Assembly: GCA_910592345.1 (NCBI GenBank)
Contig: CAJVPI010000283.1
Coordinates: 1 to 36,842 of the forward strand
From: Paraglomus brasilianum
Taxonomy: Eukaryota
DNA length: 36,842 nt
Direction: 5' to 3'
A model generated the notes under the pieces. That model was given only the letters and a program-made list of their open reading frames with translations. It had not been told where the DNA came from and did no database searches. The number at the start of each line of letters is the position of its first letter. Position 1 is the stretch's first letter. The position numbers and the translations under genes are program-made. Of the stretch, positions 1-11,489 are shown piece after piece.

Positions 1-360
1 TTATAATATGAACTAATATTTACAACATTAAAACATGAACATTAAGAACATATAACATATACAACATGAGAATTTGAGATGGGTAAGGGCCGCTTATATA
101 ACCCGCGATTACCAAAAATTGCAACAAAAGGAATCAGTAATCGACATTTTCAAAGACCAATAGATTTTAAATTAACTAGTGGCACCGATGCTCAAAATAT
201 GCAACGGATGGTATCGCGTACCACTGTACCAAAATTAATTGTTGCGGAGGAAGATTTTACCACGTGACTCACTTATCTGATTCATCAGATTGGCTTGCCG
301 TAACACTATGGTTATCATACAAATTATCCAACCTAAACTAGCGTGTGCAAATTTATCTAC

Positions 361-964
361 TCATTTAGACTTATTATCCAGTTTACCATCCTTATTACAA
401 TAATCGAAACGAATACCGAAATGGCGAAAGATGACTCCTAATGCAAAATTTTCGTTAGGGGACCAACATCGCGCACGTATCACAATACTTGATTCGTGTC
501 CATGGAAGTGTTTTGACGCGGTATGGTAAAGGCCCCCTATACACCTTTGAACGTCATCACGTCGGAGGTTATTATCTTTACATTTTTTCTGTAAAGATCG
601 GCTAAATCTTTCGTCTTGACATAAACGCATCAAAGCCTTATCTACGGGTTCTGCAAAGGTAATCGACGTATCTCTTGATAAAATCTATTATCGGAAATGA
701 GAACTAAAGTCTAAATCAGGTAGAACAACGGAAACAAAAAAATATGAACGCAAACAGTTGCCTGCGAACGAACAAACTCTAACGCACCCCTTATGCTGCA
801 CTTACTTTCCACGTCTAACACTTGTTGTGCTCGATCCTCCGAAATTCGTTACGTGCATCTATCAACTCTTCCCGATCTTTTTCCCGTTCTTTCGCTATTA
901 GATGTTGTAGTTGGACAAGTTGACTCATTACAATATTTCGTGCCTTTGTGTCCAGTTCGGTCAT
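361..964 (-). pseudogene. Hypothetical coiled-coil protein gene, apparently frameshifted
   Basis: Manual translation: ATG at 964 gives MTELDTKARNIVMSQLVQLQHLIAKEREKDREELIDARNEF. A frame change near 840 gives EDRAQQVLDVESKCSIRGALEFVRSQ. A putative intron 761..685 (GC donor, TAG acceptor) then leads to ILSRDTSITFAEPVDKAL, in frame with ORF 361..633. Confidence 0.45.
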
Positions 965-1253
965 GTCGATGGGGAAACTGAATATATTAATACGAGACGT
1001 TATATGACCGACTTCCGTACGATCATTAGTTGAATGATTACGAGCCCACTAAATCCATAAATAATAGTCAGAAAATATACAAACGACAATTAAACATACA
1101 GACTGCAGTTGGCTTACTATTACCATAAGTGCTCTACTCCGCGTGAGCCTCGAGAATTTTAGTGCGATCACGAAATCATGTTCACTGTTTAAAAATTACT
1201 GTATTAACTTGATAGAAAGAAGAAAAAAATTTTTTTTCGGCTTTACATGTCAT

Positions 1254-4200
1254 AAAAAGGGCAGTCACATGATTTTTGAGTGATACGCATTCTTCATGAT
1301 TGGGTAGCAAGTTTCACAGCGCAAATCATCCAAATATAGTCTAAAATATGGCGCAACGGCACATTACGCCACTGATTACACTTTATTTATTATTACATGA
1401 TCGTTTCGCGCATGTTATTATTATTATTATTATAAACGTAACAGTATAAATATCTATCTAATTTAAGTAAAAAGCAAGTCTTGAATTGCGTGGTTCCACG
1501 TTCTCTGTTGTGTTCTAGCTCTTAAAGCCTCTTCACATGCCTGCGTTTCGTTCATTAAGACTCGTCTTAGTCGCTTATATGTATGATAAAACTGATCGTT
1601 TTGAATGTTATCTGAGACGATTTTCAATAACGACTCAAATTTCTTTTTGTCCTCAGTAAGTTCAACTTTTCTAGATTCGATTAATTGATTACGATTACGG
1701 AGACTTGTTTCAATATTACGGTCTATGCTCATCGAAATCTCTGACTCATCTGTGGGAATTTCATTCATCTCATTCCAGGGATTGTTTACAGGATCAATGT
1801 TTGCACGGGCTTCACCAAACCAGATAAGTGGATAATCATGTCTTCGCCATGTTGTTGCATATTGAGGGAAGAATGATGGATTACTGTCTCTGCATGCTTT
1901 TACAATATGTTTACACACTAAGAAAGTGTTGCTGATAAATGCAGGGCATGAGCAATCCAATTACTGACATCTGTTAAATAATTGTCTTCTGAGCCAATAT
2001 CCTTGTCCAATGCTATTTTCCATTCATTTTTAAATGCTCCCCACCAGGAAATGATTGTTCAATCTTTTACAGTTGATTATTTGATTGGGAATCAATTCTC
2101 TTGTTAGAATCTGTGTTAGGCAATCTAGGCAAGGACAATTACAGTTATTATTATATTTGTAATTATATTTTAGAACATGCCAGTGTGATTTTACAAGCAT
2201 CATTGTTCTTGCTAATGGTATTGCTTTAGATAAGAAGCCCTGGTGAAGAGATTCCAATCTGACTTATTATACCAATTAATCCACAGATATGCCCACAAAT
2301 GAACTAGATTGTCTTCTTTGCAATATCTATACATCTCTTCAACACTCTGGTGATAAATCTCCATTGAGGTAAGAAAGATTTCTTTGCTGATTGGTATAAG
2401 TGGGTGAAGTGTTGCATGTCGTTTTACCATATTTGATACTTCTTTTATTTTATCTTGTTGGTATGTAATACCCTCACTGTCTCCAGGTATCCAGGATGCA
2501 TCAATAAAATGAAATTGTTCATTGGCTTCTTATGCTTTCTGTGCTGTATACTGACTCAATTTATACTTTTTATCTCTTAGTTTACAATCAATTGCATGTT
2601 TGACATGCCATAAACAAAGCTGAATATTGGCTGTCCAAGACCAGGCCTCCTGTATGGCTGCTATTTGGCCAGCATCTTTATCCACAAGAACAAAAGTAGG
2701 TAAGATTCCGCCTGTCTTAATGACAGAAAGAATTCTTTAAGAACTTTTGCTCATGAATTAATTGCATTTCTAGGATCTTGGAGTCAGTTATCTGGGGCTG
2801 TGAAAGTATCAACATATAGATATGCAAGTGGAACTCCATAACCACTGCAATTTATTATCACTGCAAAGAGTTCAAACTTCTCTTGATTGGTCTTGAAGGT
2901 AGAATCTATTATAATTTCATTAATATTGTCTCTTTGAATATGACCATTAAATGGTGTAAGGAATCCAAGTGCTCGCACAAAATTGTTTTCGACATATAGC
3001 ATTACTTTGTATCCCTCATCAATTAATTCATTTTGCTTTAAAAAGTTTAAAGATGATATGAGTTGATTGGAGGCATTGGTGACATATTAATATTGTTGAG
3101 TGGAAAATTTTGAAGCCCAATAATACACTTGGTGATAGGTGTGTATTGTTGAATCAACAAGCCCTTCTTCACAAAGCCTTTTGTAAATGTCAACTTTTCT
3201 GAGGTTTCGATTGAGATTATTGAATATCCATGTTATGGCATTTTTAGGTAAATTATTTTCGTGGTAGGTTGGATGTTTATGAGAAACTAAATGCTTGATC
3301 TTAACTTTTGCTTGATGTATGTTGATATCAATAGTAATCTTTCCCTTACTATTACATGGATATCTTTCAATCAGAGGTCTTGCTTCACTTATTCTCTTCA
3401 TCAGTCAATTTTCTGGATGTATAGATTTTTGATCCATTCTTTGAGCACAAAATAGATTATATTACGAAATTTGTCTTCTTCCATAGTATTGTGTGAGTTA
3501 TTGAAATTATCAATTAATTCATCTTCAAGTTCAAAGGTTTCTGAGAAATTTATAGTGAATTTTTTTTCTCAGCCTCCATGGAATCAGATAAATTCTCCAA
3601 GCATCTTGCACATTGTACAGCAAGAGCACAATTTGCTTTGGATATTGTCAAAAACACCAGCTGTTTGGTCTGAAGAAGCCATTTTTTGAATAAGCTGTGT
3701 TTAAGTGCAATTGAAGGATATAAGATTGGATTTTGTGCATTCAGCTGTTCAATTAATAGTAATTTTTTGATTTTGTTAACAGAACAATTCAAATATCACA
3801 ATGATTTAACGTGTTTAGAATTTTGAAAAACCAGATCTTTTATAACAGTTTTATTATGCTGCACACAATGACATGTTAATAAAGAATGCAAATTTCTAAT
3901 ACAAGGACAAAGTCACAAAGAACTACAAAATTAGATTAATTAACTATGATTTATGATTATGAAGTCACTACAAAGATATTGACTTTTGAAATGTTACAGT
4001 GCATAAATGTAAAACTAATGTCAATGCCATATGTACAATGTAACATATTTCCTTTATCTGATGTGTAAGACTTTATTTTGACAATGTGACTACAAAGTAA
4101 CATTAGTCTTTTCTTTATTCAATTGTAAGATTTTATTTCACAACAACGATATAACAGTGAAAGCTTTGATGTCTTTATGATAATTATGCTGTACCATATG

Positions 4201-4328
4201 ATTGCCTATTTTGGCAGTGTGTGACTACTTTTTTGTTTACTCTGGATATATTTGGACCTACTCACCACACTGGCCATGTTACCCAATCATACTGACATGA
4301 TAGTCTTAATCATGTGACTGCCCTTTTT
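1254..4328 (-). mobile_element. Decayed Mutator-like (MULE) DNA transposon with terminal inverted repeats
   Basis: AAAAAGGGCAGTCACATGATT at 1254-1274 has its exact reverse complement at 4308-4328, with further patchy inverted similarity inward (ATGATTGGGTA, TCCAAATATA). These enclose transposase fragments. Confidence 0.85.
1463..3790 (-). pseudogene. MULE transposase with SWIM zinc finger, broken by stops and frameshifts
   Basis: IIIDSTFKTNQEKFELFAVIINCSGYGVPLAYLYV (first D, ORF 2784-3002). PTFVLVDKDAGQIAAIQEAWSWTANIQLCLWHVKHA (second D plus CxxH, ~2595-2700). TMMLVKSHWHVLK (third catalytic E position reads K). CSCPAFISNTFLVCKH (SWIM, ORF 1463-1960). ERYPC...H..H N-terminal zinc-finger-like segment (ORF 3087-3401). 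Confidence 0.85.
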
Positions 4329-4329
4329 C

Positions 4330-5215
4330 TGGGCCAACCACATAGCACTGCAAGAACTAAGAGTCTCTCTACCTTATCTCGTCTTTAACCAGAAATCAAC
4401 TCACAACAAATCTGAACCCAGGCTGTCTGGTCTTAAAGTCTGTAAAATGATTGAAGCCAAACAGCCTGGTACCATATCTCTCCTTCCAACTCTATCTGAA
4501 CTGAGAACAATCCTCCTCCCCCCTCTCCCCTCTTCAATATCTCTGTTTCAATTTGAGGCACATGGTACCTTCTCCTGGGAAGAGGTCTTCCACAAAGACT
4601 GATCCAGAAAAGTTGCTGATCTTTGGTGGAAAATTGTTCACCTTTGCCTCCCAGTGGGGATTAGTGTCCTCCAGTATAGAGCCAACTGCCCCTGGTGTGA
4701 AAATGTAACTATTAACATCCCTCACCTCTTTGAATCCTGCCCTATGTAAGGCAGAAGACTGAGGAATGTGCTGTCTTCCTAACACCTACTAATACTCGAC
4801 ATCCAATCAAACTTCTCATCATACACCCCTCATCATCCCACCAGCAAACAGAGAGACTCCTACAATCAGCAGCCCTCTATATGATTTGGAAAGCATATAC
4901 CCATCATGTATTCAGGGGAAAACCCACCCCAACTCTCCCAGAAATCCAACAAACCCTTGCCACCCTCATACTCTCATTTTGATCCACTGCTCTAGCAGCA
5001 AAATCAGGAAAGAAACCTCCCTGGCCCCCTGTCAAATCAATTATAGATTCAATAAGATTCTAATCCAACATCCCCCTTTTTCTTTTCATACCTTTCTCAA
5101 TACCAGTTAATAGTTTTCATCTTTTAGTTCCTATTAGACTCAAACATGTATTTCTTATGATGTGATAAAAACAGCTCTAGAGGTCCACCTTAGCTGTGCT
5201 TAATAAAGGACACAC
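4330..5215 (+). mobile_element. 5'-truncated non-LTR retrotransposon (LINE) ORF2 3' end with zf-RVT domain
   Basis: From 4621 translates LWWKIVHLCLPVG...NCPWCENVTINIPHLFESCP (CCHC-type zf-RVT), and near 4870 AALYMIWKAY, both typical of the ORF2 C-terminus. In-frame stops present. AATAAA near 5202. Confidence 0.75.
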
Positions 5216-6396
5216 AAAATTATTAGTGTCAGGAAGATCCAGCATAACATTTGGGAAAGTGTTGACAGAGTAACTTTAGAACTTCTAACTTCTGCTGCTT
5301 CTCTCTAACATAATAATAATGTTATACACTTTTAATCTGCGAGTGTTAATGTAGTACAATGGCCGAAGACATTTATCGTTTGGCATACATCATCGAATTT
5401 ATATTAATGTATTGTATTATAATTTATGGAGGCTTTAATTTAACTGGTAGTGTCATTATTTTATATAAATGTTTCAAAAGTGTTTTTCTTTTCTAATCAA
5501 ACTGTTCGGACAGCAGTCCTATTCAGGTTTAATTTTCGTCCGCGTTTAAGTTTTACTGACATAAATAATTTGCGGTTCGGAGACGATTAGATTATAAATA
5601 CAGTCGCTATTTTGATATTTGTAATCTAGTCTTTGTGTTGAAATTATTGGAAGTGTTTTATTATTTTAGCCTACGCAAAATATCCCTCATAATGTAGACT
5701 AATGTCAGGCATCGAAACATTCCAATGAAAATATTCTATCACAATATTATAATACACGAGACTAATGTCATAAACCAGCCACAGCGGGAAAAAACTCTCG
5801 AAGTGCCGATTATGTAATTGCCAAAGTTTTAAAGAGGGCAGGTTTCAAAGGAACTGCACATTTTACTGCTTTAACTGCGGCTGCTGTCTCTCAAATACGA
5901 CACTATCAAATGTCCCGGGAACTACTCCTGTTGTAGTCTTTGTTTAATTGCCGGACTGCACATGTATATTAGTCATTTAAATGCAATATATTGAATGCCT
6001 AAACTTTGAATTTTAAATTTTAAAAAGATCTAAAGATAGAACTTGTAGGATTAAAAGCATAAGTAACTGGACAACTGGGACGGTTTCAAACTGACAATGT
6101 TGTAGTCTAGAACTCAGTTATCTCAGTCTAGAAGACAAATTCTAACTGCAACCAAACATTACATCTGGGCCGGCGCACCCGATTGCAGATTGTGATTTGG
6201 TCAAAACATAAATTTATTTATCAAATACAATAAGTAATTAAATGTAAGGTTTAATTATTAGCTAACAATACATTATTTGTTTGCATTAAATTCTATGTGT
6301 TTGCTAATAGCCAATAGGTATTATTGAACACGTTCTAAGATTGCTTGAAAAGACCAACGGCGAAAAATCAATAAAATTACGCATAAACGGTCCCAA

Positions 6397-6925
6397 TTAT
6401 TTTGTATGAGGAAAACTAACAGCAGAGAACCGGAAAGAGTCGATATCAAATATTCCTCTCCTACATTTTACTGTTTTTACGCTGTCAGGAACGGTCAATT
6501 CAAAGAAAGCTCTACGATCATTGAATATTTTGGGCTAAAATTATATAGGAAAAAAAAAAGGCTTAATCAAAAAGTCGTTGTAAACAAGCATTTATTTTAT
6601 TTACTACTTTACCTGATCAGTAGCGTTAACCTTCACAGGAGCCTCGCATTTGAATACTGCTGTAACTTTGTCTACAAAAAATGGTTTCAATAGCGTAAGA
6701 CTTTATTTCATAATTGTCTGAATACAAGATAAACGTCTTTCACGTACCGTCATCCTCATATCCATTGCCATACCACACGTTTTCCACAATATATTTATTA
6801 GGATTGCCTTTGACCGCATGAATAAGGATTGGTGTAGGCAGAACCTCGTGAGTTGGTAATCGCTTGGCGGCAGTATAAACAGCCAGGAGAAGAAGAGAGA
6901 GTATAGTAATGTGTGCAAATTTCAT
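6397..6925 (-). CDS. Small secreted protein, 124 aa, 3 exons (6925-6748, 6671-6613, 6534-6397)
   Basis: Signal-peptide-like MKFAHITILSLLLLAVYTAA. GT-AG introns keep frame: ...NVWYGNGYEDD/DKVTAVFKCEAPVKVNATDQ/PKIFNDRRAFFELTVPDSVKTVKCRRGIFDIDSFRFSAVSFPHTK*. Paralog at 8676-9319. Confidence 0.8.
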
Positions 6926-8720
6926 TTTTACTTCAAAGATTGCAAGATTTTTTTCTACGAATGTTTCAACACAACGCGTTTGGAAAGATTTATATAAAAC
7001 AATTGCGAGTTGGCATGTGGTTAAGAAATTGACTATTTTGCTATATACTAATTTGTTAACGTCCAAGCAAATCGATAGAATTTGATTGTGCATCGGAATA
7101 CGTAAGATTGTGATACCATCTGTGATGCACGGATAGATTCATCGTCATTTGTGATATCATGAGTAGAAGCAAAAATTGGTTACCGTCCGGGATGTATCGA
7201 TCTTTTGATAATTGATGTATCGATCATTATGTTATGATCGGTTGTAATACCATGTGTACCAGTGATCGTTTGTGATACATGATGAGAATCACCGACGGAC
7301 GTTTATCAACAGGAGACATGGCAAACTCAAATTTGCGTAGACTGTAAACATTATGCCGCTCTGTTAGACGTAATTAGAAAAGGCAAATGATCTTGTGGTT
7401 TCACTTAAGAAATTATAAATCAGGACGTGGCGTATTAAGGTCTATACGGAGAAGATGTTTGTGTACGTTTCATGTTATCCCGAAGAAAGAATTCAACGGA
7501 ACCGAAAGAACAAGTTTTGTTTAGAGTTAAAAGTTTCTCTAACCTTAAATATGTACAGTATCTATTAATAGCATGAAATGGGACTATTAAAATTCATTAG
7601 ATGTTAATTCATATTAATATGCGATGACGATAAATGTAAAGTCATTAACCTCCCTTAAGTTATACCAATCAGCAAAACATTATGGACAATGGGTCGGAGA
7701 AAGTCCGCAAGCAACATGTTGTCATCATTATTAGATTCTTGTTTCAAGTCTGATAAAATGTCTTTTTTGCAAAGGTCGCAGCGTATCTCGCAAATTTGCA
7801 TTTATTATTATAATTTGAAACATGAGCAGAGCCTACTACTTTGTCTCGCCCTTCGATACCAAGAATTTTGAGTCTAAGGAAATGCATACTCCGTATTAAA
7901 CAAGTACTATAATAGGAAAAAAGTGTGGTTACATGAATGGGAATCTAGTCTATATGACGATCGCTAAAGCAATAAGCAGTAGCATGACAAAGGCCGTGCC
8001 GATGAGTTCAAATAAGACAATGTCATACAAAACGACACTTTCCCGTTTGACTAGTTGGTCGAGTTTTTGCTTTTCTTTACGGCGCACTGATCTGGAAATA
8101 GTAATTAGTTTGCCGAGTTATGGTTGGTTGGTCAAGAGTTACCCCCAAGATGGTGCTACAAGAGTTACCCAAGATGGGAACTAAATGTAATGAGTATTGC
8201 GGTTAATCTATGCGGAAAGATCAACTTGCGAGTTCCAAGGGCTGGTTGATCAGAAGTAAATGACTTTGTATTTCCAATTTTGGTAAACAGATCGGTACAT
8301 TAAAAGTCCCGCGGCTCTCCTCTTTGCGGTCAGATGCCTGTTTTTGACCCTGGATCAAGGGTGATGCATTCGGTGTGTTGTTCCTCCGCTCACGGTAAAT
8401 GGTAAACAATGTTAACTATTTCATGTGTATCACAAAGGATTGACTTTCTGCTCACGGCAACACAATTTCTCGTTTTAACCAATGTCCGATGCATAATCAA
8501 ATTCTACCAATTTGCTTGGACGTTAACAAATTAGTATGGCAAAATAGTCAATTCTTACCACATGCCAACTTTTGATTTTTGAAGACCTGATCATCAGTCG
8601 CAATTTTTTATATAAATCTTTCCAAACGCGCGTTGAAACATTTGTAGAAAAAATCTTGCAATCCTTGAAGTAAAAATGAAATTTGCACACATTACTATAC
8701 TTTCTCTTCTTCTCCTGGCT
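6880..8720. repeat. Inverted duplication: ~6880-7095 versus ~8485-8720 (promoter, 5'UTR and signal peptide)
   Basis: The reverse complement of ~6880-7095 closely matches ~8485-8720 (e.g. TTTGCTTGGACGTTAACAAATTAGTAT, TATAAATCTTTCCAAACGCG, GAAGTAAAAATGAAATTTGCACACATTACTATAC). Confidence 0.9.
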
Positions 8721-9319
8721 GTTGTTTATACTACTGCCAACCCAATTCACGAGGATCTGCCTACTACTTCGCTAACCTTTGGATCACACAAACCACGAGA
8801 CAAACAACCACGGGCAAAGATAGTGGACCATATACCTGCTACCGAAATTCTGCCTTTACCAGTCTCTGTTGAAACAGTCGATGGCGCGCCTAATAGCTAC
8901 CTTGTAAAAAGTTCGTTGTATTCCACCGGATATGAAAATTATGGTATGTTAAGATGTTTGCATAACATATATGTCTCTCGTATTAGAATATTGTAATGCT
9001 TATAGAACCATTTTCTCTAGGTAATTTTGCGACCAAACTTACATGCGAAGACGGTGTAAACGTTAAGTCAATTAATCCGAAGGTAACTAATAAATAGAAT
9101 CAACTACATTTGCTTTTATAACAAGGAAATTTACAATTATACTAAATAAATTAAACTTTTAAACAGTTTAAGAAAAACGAAAGTGACTCCCTTAGAAGCG
9201 ACTTTAAATTGGTTGTTCCTTCAACCAAGAAGATAGTGACTTGTGTTAGACATGTGGTTGAAGGAGATGCTACTATGATTATTTCTTTTAGTTTTAATCC
9301 TGTACACGACTCTGACTAA
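8676..9319 (+). CDS. Small secreted protein, 160 aa, 3 exons (8676-8943, 9021-9082, 9167-9319)
   Basis: Same signal peptide. Spliced frame ...SLYSTGYENY/GNFATKLTCEDGVNVKSINPK/FKKNESDSLRSDFKLVVPSTKKIVTCVRHVVEGDATMIISFSFNPVHDSD*. Intron positions and phases (1, 0) match the paralog. Confidence 0.82.
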
Positions 9320-11306
9320 CAACGCGGATTAATTTAATAGATTGTTATCTGTTTGTATTGTTACTCCAAGTAATTTTAGCAAATTGCTCGATAATAATTA
9401 ATGGCTATTAGTAGATATTAATATAGACTTTGATGCATCTAAATATTTTATTATTACAAGCAAAGACCAGATATTTGTCTTTGAGTGTTTAATTACGTAA
9501 TTGGCAATAAACTTATTGAGCAAGCGATCATATATTATTAAAACCAATGTCGATGTTAATGTCTTTAACAAGTTTTAAACCTTTTTATTCGCACTAGAAG
9601 TGTCTTCATCTGTCAGCCTTTAGCAATTTTATCATATCTGTTGTTTATTGCTTTGTTTTCATACTATAACTTTTAATATTTTTAAGTTTGTGTTGATTTG
9701 ACCATCATAATCAATCTTAGTTTTCCAAGATTTTTTAAGTTCCTATTGTGTGTATGGTATAAAAGCTATCACTCGTGTGTTGTGCTAAGTTACTGCGAAT
9801 TATTCTTCCTGGTCTTGCTTAACTTTTTATTCGCAGTTTGATCCTACTCCAACCGCTCCTAGGAGAGTTGCTTGCCTAGACCGAGTAACCTGCCACAATT
9901 TTGGTTCAAAAATGACGAATTGTTGGTCAATATTAAGATACAATTAATTTTACAAATACTAATCTTTTTTCTTACAACCTCAGTCTATCACTGTGTTCCT
10001 AGACTTGTTGCTATCAGTATACTTGAGCATAGGTCCTTCTATGGTTTCCGCGCAAATTATTGGTTTTTTTGTAAACTAAAATTTATTAGGATAAAGTTAT
10101 TGCAACATATTTATTATTTAGTTGATTACAAATATAAGTCAAAGTGTAAGCATTTATGTTAGTGTGTAAATCCCGTCACTTTGCAAATCCTGTCCGATGT
10201 CCTCAAAACCGCATTTACGTATATATAAATCCCCAAAATCGCATTCATTATGTCGTCTAAAGGCTATCGGTCACGAGTTTGTTTACTATTACTATCAAAA
10301 TATTTTTTCTCTATTTTCAATAGACAAAAATAAAGTCTTCTTTAACCTTAAATCTGTGGGGTTTAAACTAAGACTATGCTCGGACTTCTGTCATTAGACT
10401 TGGAATCTGCCAATCTCCGGAACTGCTTATTTTCCATGAACATTGTATGTATCGCTGTCATAAGAAAAATCGTATATCGACTAATGTTTATTGTCGTATG
10501 CCCAATAGAAAAATAATCACTAACGTATTTAGTAACTCAAAACATATTTTCACAATGATATGTTTACTCGTAATTATATTGCGAACCATACTGTCTTAGA
10601 TCACATGACACAGCAGCCATTATTTTCTTCGGGCAACCATTACATTTGTCATAATGCAGGTTCCTTTTGGTTTAAGTTTATTAATTGAGAGGCTAATTTT
10701 CGTCCGTCTTTGGTATTACGCCCCACAAGTGTAATACGGATTGGCGTTGGATTTTCTAGCTTCGATATGCGCATTTGTCAGTAATAGTAATTGTGTTATA
10801 GCAAAGTTACGCGTTGCATCCTGAAATAGTTAGCAATCTTGTATCTGCGCAATTTTCTGTTCAATGTCCGATTTGCGGTTGTTTTTATCTGTGTTTTTCC
10901 AAGGAGTCCATATTTAGACTTAGGGTTTTTAGAGTTAAAAAAAACACAAGGTAACAAAAAAAAGAGCCATCACTTAAAAGTAGTCCTATCAATACATTTT
11001 TATGGTATGGCGACAGTTATTATGATATCGCTGTCGTTACGAATTGAAGTTGCATAAACGTATGAAATTCTTTGTTAAAGGTCGTTGAGAAGAAGATTAT
11101 TTTGCGCGTTGGTAATTGGAACAAATAATAGGAAAGCACTCTTTAATTGTATCCACGCGTAATTATAGCATGAAAATTCCTTGGAAATTATGGTATGACA
11201 AAAGAAAATTAGGTCATTAGCCTGATTTAGTGTAGAGTTATCGGGTATAAGGATTATGTCAGTGCATACTGTAATCATTATGTAACATTTTATATTTATT
11301 GTGGGA

Positions 11307-11445
11307 GCTGATGCTGAAATCCGGCTGAAGGATCTTTCATTGGTTGATCAGATTCTATTCTCATAGCCCCATTGGTTAGTTTCAGCATCAGCCGGATTTC
11401 AGCATCAGCCGGATTTCAGCATCAGCCGGATTTCAGCATCAGCCG
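11307..11445. repeat. 17-bp tandem repeat (TTTCAGCATCAGCCGGA, ~3.9 copies, 11380-11445) with an inverted 22-bp copy at 11307-11328
   Basis: Read directly. GCTGATGCTGAAATCCGGCTGA is the reverse complement of the array. Confidence 0.9.
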
Positions 11446-11489
11446 TGACATTTTTATTATTATTATAAATAATCGTCGATTTTAATGAT

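Noticed and set aside
7990..8060. Hammerhead ribozyme-like CCGATGAG
   Set aside because: Not CTGATGA, and no downstream GAAAC core or supporting stems.
8134..8178. Short direct repeat CAAGAGTTACCC(C)CAAGATGG x2
   Set aside because: Two copies only; likely simple slippage.
11380..11445. CRISPR-like repeat
   Set aside because: Head-to-tail 17-mers without spacers.
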